From Eledone cirrhosa (lineage: Eukaryota), in assembly GCA_964016885.1 (NCBI GenBank), contig OZ024741.1, forward strand, positions 330,212,001 to 330,276,000: 64,000 nucleotides of DNA, written 5' to 3'. A program made the translations under genes and the position numbers. Below, one piece after another: positions 33,946-48,995 of this stretch (position 1 is the first letter of the stretch; every line of letters begins with the position of its first letter). A model generated the notes under the pieces. That model saw nothing but the letters and a program-made list of their open reading frames with translations, had not been told where the DNA came from and did not search any database.

Positions 33946-36284
33946 TGGCACCAATATACAGCATTTTAATTGTTTTTTCTCTCAATCTATAATTCTAGAA
34001 ATTATATTGTTGCAGTAGATGTCTCTGACTATTCTCCATGGCCTTTGCTATTTTCTCCATGAGGCACAGCTGAAACACTGCTCAGACTGGGGTGTAGAGT
34101 CTGTCTCTCCCCCCTCCCCCTTTCTTTCGTTGATCTTTTTTTTCTTTTTTCCTTTAAAAAACAAAAATGAAATACACTATATTTCAATTAATTAATGAAG
34201 AATTCTGAGAGAATTATAAATTATTTCATTACTATGATAGTAAATTTATATATGGTTTTTGTATAAATTTTGTTGGAAGACTTTAATTTATTGAGTAATG
34301 TTACTCCAAAGAGCCTTTTCCGTCTGCTCGTATTTGTGATCAATTTCTTCTGGTCATTACTCAAGATTCATGACCATAGGTAAAGTTTGGCATGAATACC
34401 GAATTGAAGATAGCGAGTTTGTCTTTTACGTCTACCTCTCTTTTGATTACTCAATGCTGAAGCTCGCGCATTACTGCACCAGCTCCTACGGTTCTTGAAT
34501 TTCTCTAACTGCTTCAGTGGAACTCCATTCACATGAAGAGTACACTGTGCGGATTTCTTTGAGAGGATGAGTGTCTCAGTTTTCACAGCACTGATTTTCA
34601 TTGCAGCACTTGGCATCAAACCTATCAAGTGCAAGTCAGAGATCACCTTCTGTTTGGTTAAGTAACATCATGTTGTCTGCAAATTCCAGCCAACTGATTT
34701 TACACCCGCCAGTCATGACACCACTTCCAACCCGGTTGCGCATGTCAATCCTGTTCATGGAAATAATCAATAGAGGAGGTGACAGTATGCAACCTTGGTG
34801 GAATCTGATTCCCACATTGAATGGTTTCGATTTAGCACCATTTATCTGAACACAAATAGTCAGGCATTCGTATAGAGACTTCAGGGCAGCAAGAAGCTGA
34901 CCATCAAAACATACTCCTGAACAACCTACCAAAGCAGGTCCCAAGGAAGTGGTCATATGCCTTTTCAATGTCAACAAAACAAGAATATATTTTTCAAGGA
35001 CCTGTTGCAGTGTGAATATTTGGTTGGCTGTGCTGCGTCCGGGGTGAAAACTGCACTGTTCATCAGTGTGTAGCTTGGAAATCAAAGAGTCACTCCAGGT
35101 AGAGCCGCTACTTCTCTGAATTGAGTGATCACAACTCCGATACTATGGGCAAATTCAACCGGCAGGAGACCCAGGGGTGGACCCTGAGTAAGGTGGATGG
35201 ATAACATCCATGAGTTTGGCAGGTCTCGCTTGGGGATCCAGCCGGATCAGTTGCAGACAGTTGTTCTGACAGTACCTGATGGAAGGAGGACTCTGACCTC
35301 ACCACTCTCCCAGGAATAAGTGGACACAGAAGAAGATTGTAATTTAAATAGAAACCCTTTATGTAGTTTTCTTTCATAGAACCAAAGTTGGTTTTGGCTG
35401 ATTCATATCAAAGGGTTAAATGTAAATGTGAGGGATAAGAGTTTGCATGAAATTTAGAGGTCCTTTTTAAGCCAGGAGTGAACAGGACTGGCTGGTGAAT
35501 GGAGTCAACATAGGATAAAGAAGACCCACCACCTCAGTCATGCCATGCACTTCACAACCTCTTTAGTGCAGGTGCCATAATAAAATACATCTGCAATACA
35601 CTGTAAAGTGTTTGGCATTATTAAGAAAGTGCGGTGGATTGGCAGTATAGGTAGAGTGTCGGACACCATGCTTTGCAGTATAGAGTTACGACCCTTTGTA
35701 TTCTGAATTCAAATCTCGCCAACGTTAGTAACACATTGGGGTCGATTTAATCAACTTTACCCTCCCCTTCAAATTGCTGGCCTTGTGCCTAAAGTAAAAA
35801 TAATTATTAAGAAAGGGCTTCCAGCCATAGAAACCATGTCTGATTATGGCACATGAGCAAGATGTGCTTATTCAACCGTCTCTTGTCTTGGATTGTGATG
35901 GCACATCCACACAATAGAGATATAAGATTATATTCGTCTTCACATTGAACTGATGACAATGTACTGAAAAAAGAAAAGGATCTGATTTTTTAACGCAAAG
36001 AAACAATGTTGCCATAGCTGAAAATACTATTCACAACATTCTACTTAAATTCTATGTATTATTTTTCATGTTCCATGGGTGGTGGATTGGCAAAATTGGT
36101 AGAGTAGGGCAATGTATTGGCAGTATCTAGGTTCAAATCCTGCTAGTGTTATCGTTGCCTCTCGTGCTTACAAGGTCGATAAAATAATATAGTACCAGTA
36201 ATTCACTGGGGGGGTTGATTTAATTGACTTTCCCCTCCCCAAAATTGTTAGTCTTCTGTTTTAATCAGAAACCATTATTTTCAT

Positions 36285-36468
36285 CGGTGGATTGGCAGTA
36301 TCGGTAGAGGGTCGGACGCCATGCTTTGACGCATAGAGTTACGTCCCTTGCCATTCTGAGTTCAAAGCCCGCCAAGGTTAACTTTGCCTTTCATCCTCAT
36401 GGGGTCGACGAAATAAAGTACCAGTAATGCACTGGGTAATTGCTGGCCTTGTGCCAAAAGTAGAAACA
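36285..36468 (+). mobile_element. 184-bp tRNA/Nin-type SINE with 11-bp TSD (paralog 52953-53136)
   Basis: TSD ATTATTTTCAT at 36274-84 and 36469-79; absent from the intact gene at about 19170. Confidence 0.9.
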
Positions 36469-36521
36469 ATTATTTTCATATCGTTCCATAATAAATGTAT
36501 TTTCTTTCTTTTATTTTGTAG

Positions 36522-39500
36522 ATACATGGAAAGAAAGCTCTCCTGTGAGTATTTTCTGAAGAAATTTCTATAATTTTATATGTATTTTTTCCTTGATGGT
36601 ATGGGTTGGACAGATCTTTTAAATCATTACAGCCTGCATTATCTGGTACACAGCAACAGTGAAGCCTGACCAACTTTGTTTTGTATGTCTCATATAGTTT
36701 GTGATGTGGCTTTGTATAAACAGTCCACTTTGTTAGGTGGTAGTGGTGGTGCCATGCACCCGGTACATTCTGCGAAGGGATTGGGAGGCACATGGCTTAG
36801 TGGTTAGAGCATTGGCCTTGCAATCGAAAGCTCGTGAGTTCAATTCTCAGACCGGGTGATGTGTTGTTTCCTTGAGCAAGACACTTTATTTCACATTACT
36901 CCAGTTTACTCAGCTGTAGAAATGAGATGATAGGGACTGGGGTCCATATCATTCCACTGCAAAGTGGTCGTGGAGGTGCCACGGCAAAAAAGCACCCAGC
37001 ACTCACTGTAAATGAGGTTGGTGTTAGAAAGGCATCGAGCTGTAGAAATTAAGCCAGAATCAGTTCCCGTCCCACCCTTGCAAGCAGGGCAAAAGTGGAC
37101 GTAAAATGAAATGATGATGATGATGATGATCCAGCTGTAGAAACCCTACCAAAATGGAACATATGAGCATCATGGTCATCTGCTGTGGTTAGCCTCAAAA
37201 CGTGACAACTCATGCATGCATGGAAAATAGACCTAAAACAGTAATGATGATGAATCACTTCACAGTGTAATGGTTAATCTTTATCAAGTGACTGACAATA
37301 AAAAGCACTAAGGAGTGCCTTCTAATGAGTTACAGGTTGCGTGTGATGGGGCTTGCGGAGTTCACACCTCAGTAATATATTCCATTTTGCCAAGTGTTTG
37401 CTGGAAATGTCCCTCACCATCTTTACTCTTTGCTGTCCATAACAACTACTATACACAGCAGAGCTGTAAAACTGGCCAACTATAATAATTATCACCATTG
37501 TTTTTTTGTCCGTTTCTGCACGCTTGTATGTTGTTGTTGTTGTATGTCTTACAGTTAAGGCAGTGAATTGGCAGGATCATTAGATCGACAGATAGATTGC
37601 TTTGCATTATTCATTTTGGCTCGCTGCACTTAAATTCCATCAAGGTTAACTTTGTCTTGCATTCCTTTCAGTAAAGTCAGTAAAGTGCCAGTTGATTCAT
37701 CCTCTCTGTCTCTCTCTCTGGAAGAAATCGGCAATGGTGGTACCTAGTGAGGGAACAGTGCTGCCCGATTTAAAGTGACCCTAAAACTCTCAGTAGTTAT
37801 AGGAACATTAACAGTGATATATGTCTCATAGCTTAAACTGAGTGTGTTTTATCTTGTCGCCAATACTAGTGAAGTTGTTTGCAGTAGAGCTAGAGTATCT
37901 TCAACTTAGTATCCTAGACAAATGCCTTCTGTGTGTTATCCATCTCTCTTATTTATTAGAGATATAATATACACACACTCATACAAAGGGCTATGTCCCT
38001 TATATTCTAGTCATGTTATCTTTTGTAGTACAACTCCAACAACAACAAACGATCACCTGTGAAGTTGATGTACCTAATAAAAGCATACAACAGCTCTACA
38101 TGAGCGATGGATTACTGTTATAGTGAGTAATCTGACCCCCTTCAAAAATTCACTCAGGTGTTCACCAAGGATCTATTCTGTCTCCCAACACTTTTTAATT
38201 ATGCCATCAATTGGATTGAAGAACATGACCTGAACAGTTTCCCAGGTGCTGCTGTGGAATGACACTTTAGTATAACTAATCCCTTGACTATGCTGACCAC
38301 CTTGCAATAACTGTGTTAATGTCCAATCTGTTATTGAATGACATCTACAGCTCATATCTATGCAGTTTAGCTGACCTTATAATAGGTTGCATCTGCTACG
38401 GGCCTCTGTCTTATCATGAAAAGTAATATGAAATGAAGCATCTTGGTCAAGAACACAATACCTCCCTCTGCCCCAAAATTGAACCCCTGACCTTATGATC
38501 ATGAGTCCAACAACCTTACGATTAGACCATGTGTCTTCACATACCCTCAATATGTTTTCCAGTCAATTGCCCTTGCACGCTGGCATGAACATCAATGCTG
38601 CAAAGGCAAAGATAACATTTGTTGTCATCTCATCTGAGAGGATCTTCATCATACTCAATGATTCTGGAAGAAGCTGATCAATTCAAGTATCTCAGCACCA
38701 TCTTCACTGCTATAGGCCAAGGTAGTGATGAGATGATGACTGCATCAACTGTGTGCACACACTATATTCTGTCTTCAAAATCAGCTTCATTTCAGGTTGG
38801 AGAGCCATCTAACCACAAAAATCCACACTTATTCACATTACCCTTCTGTATGGTCAGTGGCCAGCTTTGGTTCAAGCTGGAGAGCTATCTAGCCACTAAA
38901 ATCTACATCTTTCAAATGCTCATTTGCGTCATCCTTCTGTATGGTTGTAGCATGTAATTAGTGAGATCAGTGAGTGAACACATGCTAGATGGAAGTATTT
39001 GACTACTTTTGTCTTTGCTGAATCCTCTGTGTTTGCATATTGGATTTTGTGTTAAACTTTTAGAAATTCATTGTTGTTGCTGGATTGATTCCATCAAACA
39101 ACTTTTAATCAAAAGGTACCACTGCTGGTTTGGTCCTACACTCCGTCCTTAACGAAGAAGTTGCACCATAGCCTTTCTCAGGATGGCGTAAGCAATAAAA
39201 TGTGCATCTGGAGATGTGAGTTAATATAAACTAGTCTGATTTTGGATTGATATCTGGTCCTTGACTGAATGGTGTCCACAGTGTCTGTATCAAATGTTAC
39301 AATTGCTCATGCTTGTTTTGGCTTCTGTTCACTATGCTGTGATTTCACTGGTTGAAGCAGTCTACTTACAAGGGTCGGCTAAAAAGTTCATAGGTTGACT
39401 ATGAAGGAGTGATGTTAGGAATCTTGCATTATTTTCAATTCTTCTTATTAATAACTGAATTGTTTCTTTCTAGAGACTATGTTGAAAAATAAACCTCATT

Positions 39501-41480
39501 TGATCATACCATTGAGAGTATCTTATTTTACAAATAAATGTGAGATTTCTGATTGTTTTAAGATATGGCTTCTAGCCATATTGACCATTCAAGGTTCCTA
39601 AAAAAAGTACCAGTCTAGTACTGGCGTCGATTCTTCTTCTGTATCTCTTCCTCACTTCCATTCTTTCACTCCCTCTATCCTTCTCTGGAAGAAATCTGTT
39701 GTATTCAAACCTGGAGAGGAGACGGGTTTCGTCAGGTTTTAATACTCCAAGAAACACTGTATGTCGATATGTGCCCCTAGGGGTAACAGGTTCATACCCT
39801 ACCACTAACAAATAGAATGCCAGAAAAAATACTGAAACTAATATATTGATAAGTTGATGTAGTAGGTGAGAGGATTACTAAATAGATGTTTATGATTATC
39901 TGTACATCAATGGTGTTAAGGAGTGAATGTATTATCATAATCACTTTATGTCCGCTTTTCCATGCTTGTATGGGTGGAACTGGTCTTTTCCAGCCCAGAA
40001 TCCTTCCACTTGTTTTATTTCTTTATCATCTCCTCTGAGTTTCAGCAATTTGAAATCAGCTCTCACCACCTCTGCCCATGCCTTTGGTCTTCCTTTACTG
40101 CATTTTCCTTCCACTGTTATTTCTTCACTCAGCGATCATCATTGCTACACATCATACGTCTATATCTGTGAGGGCTTCTCTCTTGTACACATCTGATTCC
40201 TCTTATACCCAGTTTTATTTTTCTCAGCTCATCCATGCTTCATCATTTATGCACATTTATGAAAACATGGCCGTTTCCCTCCAGTCTTGTTTTATTTTAT
40301 AATTATCCTTGTATATCTGAGAGCAAGACTAATAATTTTGTGATCTTGATTGTAGTTTTGTGTTCTTATATGTATGTGAGAGAGCAAGATTTGGATGGTT
40401 TTATTGTTCTTTTATGTGTGTGAGAGAGAGAGCAAAACTATGATAATTGTGTGTTTTGGGGTTAAAAAATATTTTTATCATTTGTTTGTTTATTTTGTTT
40501 CAGTGAAGCTGAATGGTGGTCGCACAGTAAGTGGCATCTTGCGTGGCTTTGATCCATTCATGAATTTGGTGATTGATGAATGTGTAGAAGAAACTAAGAA
40601 TGGAGAAAAGAACCCCATTGGAATGGTGGTAAGAATTTCTATTAATTCTATAGAAATAATCTGGATGGTGAAAATCCACATCCTACAAGAGGTGCCTCTC
40701 ATATGGCTAACATCTAGAGGAGTTAGCCTTGATAAAAGTCCTGCTTGTCTCCTCGTAATTAGTAGCTTATACTAGCAGTTTAATTAGATGATCTCCATTG
40801 TAAACACCAGTGGCTTCGCAAATGATTGACTATTAATTCAAGAATGGGTTGGCACAGCTGATCTAATTATTGGAGAAATTTATGAATATGTAGGTGTGGC
40901 GAGCCACATATTCCACCCATTAGAAAAAGCAAAATGAATGCTTCACCTTCGATGGAAGGATGACCCAAGAAAAGAACATTTGTAAAGAATTTAGATTTTC
41001 TTTGAGCCACAATACTGACACTATGAAAGTCATAGAAAAAAAAATGATGATATAGTTTTAGTAAATCCCCCATTAAGTAATTGAAATATAATGTATATCA
41101 TTACAAATATGGTGACAAAAGGGTTAAATCTACTTCAGCACATGCTTGCTAGTTATTCTGTCTTCATTACTAGAAGTTGACCATGTGTTACAGAGAAATA
41201 CAAATAACGTTGATATAGTTTCCCTTATTTTATGATTCTTATTGAGCTAGAATTTTCTACTCCATAGAATAATAGGTGTGTATTTTAATTTTCTGACCTT
41301 GTCTAAGGATTGGACTCTGTTGCTCCAACTATTAGTAAATATATTTACTATGATAAGACTCTTGGGTGTTGTCTGTCAGAGGTATGTTGCTAAATCATTT
41401 CACTTTTCTATTTTTTTCTTTCACAGGCAGTCCGAGGAAACAGCATAGTCCTACTTGAGGCATTAGACCGACTTTCCTGA
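36522..41480 (+). pseudogene. SNRPG: partial SNRPG duplicate 2 lacking exon 1 (exons 36522-36544, 40504-40628, 41427-41480)
   Basis: Exons 2 and 3 are identical to the intact gene; exon 4 has one synonymous change and V76L; splice sites are intact; homology starts inside intron 1 (33946 = 16775). Confidence 0.85.
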
Positions 41481-42639
41481 AGTTACCTTCATCATTCTTT
41501 GTGTGATTAAACATTTTTTTTTACAATTTGGCTAAAATAAATAATCTTTTATCACAAAATCTTGGTGTTTTGGTGGATTTCTTTACTAGCCAAACAATGT
41601 TAACTTTTAATATCCTGTGATTTATCTGAAAATATCTAAAAATTAAGAGCTAGATGGCAGCCAAATACAGGATGCCAAGACAATCTAACCCGAACCTCTG
41701 CCCCATGTGGCTTGGTTTGGACAGAGATAGGGAGCGATGGAGGTCAATCAGAAAGGGGTTCCCCCAAAAAGAGAAGAGCCTGGATTTGGATTTGGTTCTA
41801 AAAGTTGCTTTGTTAATCTTTTTGTGACTATATTTCTAACGAAATACATTTTATTTCATATAAAATTATGCTGGAAGATTTTAATTTAGCTGCTAATGAG
41901 AGATTGTATCTCCGATATTACAGATATGTGGTTAGTATGTCTCTGGAAAGAAATCCCTGGACAGATTTTACAGTTAAAACCAACCAACGGGGGATCTAGG
42001 GGTAGATCTTGAGCAAGATTGTTGGATAACATCTATGGGCTCGGCTGGTCTTGCTTGGGAATTCAGCCAGATCAATTGGAGATGGTTGCTTCTGACAGGA
42101 CCCAACAATCTATCTAATTTAAGACAGTGATAGTTGTCTATAGTTGATGACTCCCAGGAATAAGTGGATAAAGATGATTTCTGCTGGAAAGAGTACTTGA
42201 CTTTTTCCCCACGACCTTCCCAGGATTAAATGAACAAAGATCTTAATTTAAATAGGAACTTTTTAAAATGGATGATTTGGGTTTTGGGTGGGTACTAGAG
42301 TAATTGAAACGTTTATGGCATCTTTACATCTGGATAGATCAGTGTGAAAATTTGCAGAAAATTGAATGTGATGCAATCAGTGTTGTTTTTATTACTTTTC
42401 AAGAATGTCTTGCTTATGCTGTTTCTTGTGGTACAGGATGTTATGAATTAACATTAGTTGGTTGGATTTGTTATTAAAAAAAAATGTTTTTTAAGGGGTT
42501 TCTGTTTCATAGTGTTTATGGGACCTGATTGAGCACACCTGTTCAGTATAACTGGTTTATTATCTAAGTTTTAACCTTTTTATTACTACATTTCCCCTAC
42601 TTTGCTTCTTTTTTACTCTCTTCCCTCTAAAGAATTCTA

Positions 42640-43030
42640 TATATCTGGTTCCTCCAGCCTCACGGCAACAGGCTACTATGCTCTCCCATGTGTCTGGCAA
42701 GAGTTGGTGCATGAAGCCAGTTTGTGCCACACCTGTGCAGCTCTTCATTGGCTTACTCTTTACTCTACTTTTAGCAGCTGGCAACCATGACATTGCAGTT
42801 CTTGCTGGTATATTGTCCCCTGTTTGTAGGACATGCCCTATCAGCTGCATTTTTCTGCTCTTGTTGACAAGACTGAGACATGTGGCATTAGTTCTTCGAA
42901 GCATATCTTCATTTGTGATCTTGCTTTGCCATCTAATGCCCAGGATCTTTCGGAGACATCTTTGTTGGAAAGTATCAAGCTGTTTTTCAGTTATGGCGGT
43001 ACACATTTGTGTGTCAGCAGCATAGGTTAT
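42640..43030 (-). mobile_element. degraded LINE C-terminal fragment (paralog about 59508-59898)
   Basis: LDTFQQRCLRKILGIRWQSKITNEDMLRR...IGHVL. Confidence 0.75.
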
Positions 43031-43096
43031 TATATATACCTCTCTCTAATACATCCAATTATCTAATGATCCTGTAAACATATGAGACTCAATAAT

Positions 43097-43230
43097 TGTT
43101 TCTACATTAGGCACAAGGCCAGCAATTACCCAGTGTATTACTGGTACTTTATTTTATCGACCCTGTAAGGATGAAAGGCAAAGTTAACCTCGGCGGGATT
43201 TGAACTCAGACCATCCCGCCGAGGTTAACT
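43097..43230 (-). mobile_element. 5'-truncated Nin-type SINE with 5' inversion and 16-bp TSD (paralog 59965-60098)
   Basis: TSD TATGAGACTCAATAAT at 43081-96 and 43231-46; perfect internal inverted repeat AGTTAACCTCGGCGGGAT. Confidence 0.9.
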
Positions 43231-44239
43231 TATGAGACTCAATAATAACACTAGCTCAGCCATAAGATCATAAATGTGTTTATAAAATCATTTAACCTCC
43301 ATAAATGTATTCATATAATTATTTAACATCCAAATGTATTTGTAAATTATTTATCTTCCAAAGGAAGATCAAAATTAACTGGTTCGTATGAGAACTTAGT
43401 GAAAGGCACTCAAGTGGTGGTGGTATCACTGAAGTTTACAAGACCCTTCTTAAGAATTATATTGCCATATTTTGCTGTGTCACTGCAAGGAAAAAGAAAA
43501 AAAAATATTTCATTTAAGAGGAAGAAAGAATAATAATTGCTATAGCAATTTTTCAACCTAAATGCTCCGAGGTATTGCATATATATTTTTTTAGCAGAGT
43601 ATTTCTGATTGGATGCCCTTCCTATCACATCCATCTTACAGTGCGGACTGGGTGCATTATTCGTGCCACCAGCACTAGAGAGATCTTACTGGACTCAAGA
43701 GTCCTCTCCACCCTGTGTTAGTTTATATTTGGAGTGCCTGCTCTCCTAAACGGATTGCCTTCATTACAGCAGTAGTCTTTAAACAGAGTTATTTGCCCTC
43801 TTAGATGGATTGCCTTCACTACAACTTACAAAGCCCACGTCTACCCCATGCAGTCGTTTTTAATTAGAGTCACTGCTCTCCTAGGCTCAGCATCTGACCT
43901 GTGGATCATAATATATATGTTTGTGGTGTGTTTCATTTTGAAAACTATTGTCAATCATGTCATCATTTCGATTATACCCATGTTAAGAGTTGATGAAATA
44001 ACAAAATATTCTGAATTATAGGTCAATATTTAGGATTGCACACTTTCACATCTTTTTATTTATGATGAATTTTTGAACCTGGTCTGTGGTATATTGTCCT
44101 TTCTGTTCACTTCACTGAATCTAATAAGGAAATCACATGACAGAATAAAATAAAATGAAAATAAACCAAAGGAATACATTCTAAATACACAAAATATTGG
44201 GGTGAAATAGAGAAAACATTTTATGAATGAAATTTATAA

Positions 44240-44365
44240 CTGGAAACGACTTTTTCTAGATCTCTCAACTCACATGGTGTAAGCTTAAGTTGTTCTTTGA
44301 ACAGAACTATCTTGATCACATATATGGCCTTGGCCATCCAATGAGCCTGATGGTAAGCCCCGAGA
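44240..44365 (-). mobile_element. DNA transposase relic, probably hAT-related (paralog about 61108-61233)
   Basis: GAYHQAHWMAKAIYVIKIVLF resembles a G-A-x-H-x-A-R-W-M-A-K-A-I-Y transposase motif; recognised from memory only. Confidence 0.45.
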
Positions 44366-47300
44366 AGGAGAACGAGGAAGATGGCCAACCTCCAAGTGAG
44401 ACGGTTGTCACGTGTTGAGGCTTGACCATTTAGGCAATTAGGTCCCACTTGTACGTTTTGTTTTGGCATGGCTTCTACTGCTGGATGCACTTCCTAATGC
44501 AAAGCACTTTACAGAATGTACTGGGAGCATTTGATTGTGACACTGAAACTACCATTTTCACAGGTTCGACTGGGTGATTTTCATTGTGGCACCAGCACTA
44601 CCACTTTACAGGGTGGACTGGTTGCTTTTGTTGTACTCTCATCACTATCTTAGGAGGTACAAACATTGCACTGCTGGGGGTGATGGTTTTGAAGTGAAAA
44701 GTTTCTGACATATAGTCACTTGTAAATGAAATGGATCTTTACCATATATATATATATATATATGTACAGTAACAGCCATAATGTTTTGGACGCATAAATG
44801 TCCATCATACAACTTTCAGTAGCTTCAAAACTAAGAATTGTTAAGTTATGCACATACATCAGTAACAAAGGAAGTTCAAACAATGTCCTAATCATTTTGA
44901 CCATCTCAATGTTTAAATAAAAATACTCTTTTGCTTATAACTTGTGTTTCAGTGATCCTAAACAAGTATCATTTCATCCATATTTAGTTGATATCTATAA
45001 TTTAACATCTATCAATTTTGAGCTTTTAGCTTTTTTTTAGTTTTTGAGCTACTGAAAGTTCTGTGATGGACATCTAGGTGTCTGAACCATTATAGTCATG
45101 TATTATCATTATCATCATCGTTTTTACATCGGTTTTTCCATGGTTGTATGGGTCCTGAGTACAGCATTGCTCCACTTTTCGCATTGCTGTGTCATCTCTG
45201 TCTCAGCAATTTGAGGTCAGCTCTCACCTTTGGCCAGGTTTTTCTTGGTCTACCTCTTCTGCGACTTCCTTCCACCTCGATTTCTTGGTACTTCTGCACC
45301 AAATGAATATGAAATAAATCACCCATTTTAAAAGGTTTCTGTTTAAAATCTTCCAACGTAATTCTATATAAGAACCCCTTGTAAACAACTATTTTAGAAA
45401 TAAAATAGATAATAATTTCAATAAATCCCTCCAAATTCTTCCTTAAGTAATTGAAACAGACGCATGTCATTAGAAATGTGGTCATTTTTCCAAAATCAGT
45501 AAATGTATATATATAAAATAGATTTTACCCTGTATGGACCACAGCAAATGCTTTTTTAGCTTGTTCATAGAATTTAAATCTTTCAACTGGGATCAATATA
45601 ATCTGCAAATATATACATATATGTTATTATTATCATTGTCATCCTTAGTTTTATATCTGTTTTTTTATACAGCATGGGTTTAATGAAACTTTTTGAACAG
45701 TTGTTTTTAAACAAGATACAAAGATCTTAACACATCTCAACACTGAGAAGTGGAATCTGATTATGTACAACGTACACAAATATCACTGCCTGCGAAGAGA
45801 AGAGACAAACACACACATATACATGTATCATCATCATTTTACATAAGTTTTCCATGCAGGAATGGGTTGTTATAGTCTTGGACAAGATATTGTTAAAGAA
45901 CCACATCTTCCTCATATGTTCCATGTTTTGGCATTGTTTTTATGGCTGAGCACCATTCCTAATGCCAACAATTTACAAACCTTGCCTCAATGCTTGCAAC
46001 ACAGCAGATTCTGCTAAATGCATCCAAATGCCACGAGGTGGTGTTAAATCCTCATCATAGTCATTGTCATAGTTTTAATGTCTGTTTTCCCTGCTAGGCA
46101 GGGTTGGACAGGTCTACATATACCAACTCAGTACTGAAGCGGAGTTACTGATCTCTCAAACAGGCCAGGGTTCTGTGTCTCACTTATGTACGGGCTCATG
46201 TTCTACCAAGTGCACAAGAGAGATTGCCATGTCTTTGACACAACTGAGGATCCTCCCAACCCTTTGTTTGGCAAGATTTCTTCCTAACACCAACACCCAC
46301 TTTACAGTGTGTACTGGGTATGTTTATTGAGTAGATCATCAAACACTAGCGAGGCTGTCATGTCTTTGACATGACTGAAGGGTCCTTCCAACCCTTTGTT
46401 TGGCTAGCCCTCCGCAGCTGGATGCCCTTCCCATTACCAACCACTTCAGGGTTGTTAATGTGCTGTTGGAAGTGGGGGGAATTTACCATCCAATTGGACC
46501 ACAGCAAGTCAGAACAAATACTGCAGGGTATTTCATCCGGTGCTTTTGCTTTTAATTATGAGGACAACACTTGCTGCATACATTATTTCATATATTACTC
46601 ACAACTCTGTTCTCTGCAGCTTCTAAAATGTTCTGGTATTCATCCCAGTGAGGCAAAGGCAAATGTTCATCTTCACCAGTTTTCTCCATCACAAAAGCCT
46701 ACAAGTAAACAAACATATCAAATAAACACCAATTGTAGCCAATCTCTTGGATTTTAACAAGGCACTGTAAAGATAAAGTTGATATAAAGAATGATGTGCT
46801 TATGTGTGGAGAGGTGCTTGTGTGCAGAGATGCTAAAAAAAGACGGAAAAAGAAGTTGGTGGCAACTTCTTTTTCTGTCTTTTCATCTTCACATGAACAT
46901 GAACACATTATTTTAAATCATCGTCGTCATCATTGTTTAACGTCCATCTTCAACACAAGCAGGGGTTAGACGGTTTTGTTCCATTTGATGCGGGAATGGT
47001 TGGGAGACCGTGTCTCGCTTATACGGAAATGTTTCTGGAAGGGTTTTTTTACAACTGGATGCCCTTCCTAACACCAACCACATTTATAGTGTGGACTGGG
47101 AGTATTTTTACCGTGTCTCCTACACAACCACCTTAAATGTTTGCAAATATATATATATATAATGGTTTCTGATTTAGGCATAAGGCTAACAATTTTTGGG
47201 GAAGGAAAGTTGATTAAATTGTCCCCAGTGCATTACTGGTGCTTTATTGTCATCCCTTATTATGAAATGAGAACTTGAAATTTACAGCTCACACTTTTGC

Positions 47301-47709
47301 AAGTTTAGCTGGCTTTCTATGAAGTTGTAATGATAGGGGACCTCAGTTCTCCCATGTTGCTAGAGCCCAGGTTTAGCTGGCCTCCAACAAGAGTTTCCTC
47401 GAGTGTTTTAATAATGGGCCTCAATTCTATCATGAGAAGCAACATGAAATGAAGTATCAATGTGCCACCTGGTCCAGGAATCAAACTGTTGACCTTGTGA
47501 TTGCAAGCCAAAAGCTATATCCACTAAGCCTTACATCTTCACTATATCGACTGCAGGTAAAAATGTTTCTTACTGAATCATCATAGGTAACATCCAATGG
47601 TAGCAGCTGCAGTATAGCCTTTAATAAATCAGGTATTTTGTGACCTGGAAAAAAAATGTATTTATATATATATATGTGTATGTGTGTGTGTATATATATA
47701 TACATACAC

Positions 47710-48040
47710 GCACCCCGTCCCTCCACCACCACCCCCACCCGATCCACACCACCCCGTTCTATGTAAAGTTATGTTGGTGCCGCGCCATCGAGGCCGAAAC
47801 AAATGAGATCGTGTAGGTGTCACGACAAAAAAACACACAGTCCACGCTGTAATGTGGCCGTGTAGGCAACACGGTAAAAACCTCCCAGACCCACACTGTA
47901 AATGTGGTTGGTGTTAGGAAGGGCATCCAACTGTAGAAAACCTGCCAGACAGTCCTATGCGAGCAAGACAATCACTCTTGCCTCAAGTGGGACTACCCCC
48001 GTCCAAACCCATGCAAGCGTGGAACACGGACGTTAAACGT

Positions 48041-48072
<32 letters not shown>
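47710..48072 (+). mobile_element. solo 3'UTR copy of the 26821-29705 LINE
   Basis: Near-identical reverse complement of 26821-27170, with (GAT)n tail. Confidence 0.9.
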
Positions 48073-48073
<1 letters not shown>

Positions 48074-48739
48074 CGCATATACTCATACATACACACACAT
48101 GTATTATATCCTAAGCTGTTTATGAACATGCTTAACCCTTTTGATACCAAACTGGCCCTGGTCCTATGATACAAGACAATTTGCATTAAAGTGTATTTAT
48201 ATTTATCAATAAAACCTTCAATCATAATTTTATGTAAGAACCTTTGTTAAATGATGTTCCAAATACCAAATAAATAACGAAAAAGTTAGTTATGTCACTA
48301 AATCTCTCCAAATTCTTGATTATTTTCAATATCATTTGAAAATAATAGGTTGTTCCTGACATGAGTTATATGGCAATAAAAAGGTCAAATTTGATACATA
48401 CACACTTAGGTTGCAGAAACCAAAAGGTATTCATTAATTCCAGTTTCATCATGAACAAATTATATGTGTGTATGTGTATCCAGTATTGGAGCACAGTTAG
48501 CTGGGTGTCCAAGATTGCGGCTATGGTTAGTTGGGTATTATAAATGATTAAGTTATAACGTACCATCAGCTCTAATTTCAATGGGGCCCTCATGGCAAAT
48601 AGATGTCGTAGGAAAGTGTGCATCTGCCAAAACTGAAATCAAACAAAGGAAATAATTACAAGATTGACTTCTCTAGGTATCAAGGTTTTTTAAATCTCTT
48701 TTTCCAATGTTTTGTTTCTGAAAATGTAGTGAAGCCTAC

Positions 48740-48995
48740 ACACACACTCTTGTGACGCTAAACTCCGCCAGTTGCAGACTGCGCATTAACACGTGATATC
48801 TCTCTCCCCAAAGTTCGATGACCAGCAGCAGAGTTCAAAGAGCAAAGATCAAGTCCAGTCCATAAATTGACATTGTCAAGCCATCGTTTTGGCTGCCGGT
48901 CTCTGCTTCTCTTACCAGCCAGCCTTCCTTCCAGGCATAACCTACTCATACCACGAGTTGATCTTTTTATATGGCCGTATAGTTTGAGTACTCTT
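48740..48995 (-). mobile_element. LINE 3' fragment
   Basis: LKLYGHIKR...LEGRLAGKRSRDRQPKRWLDNV. Confidence 0.7.
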
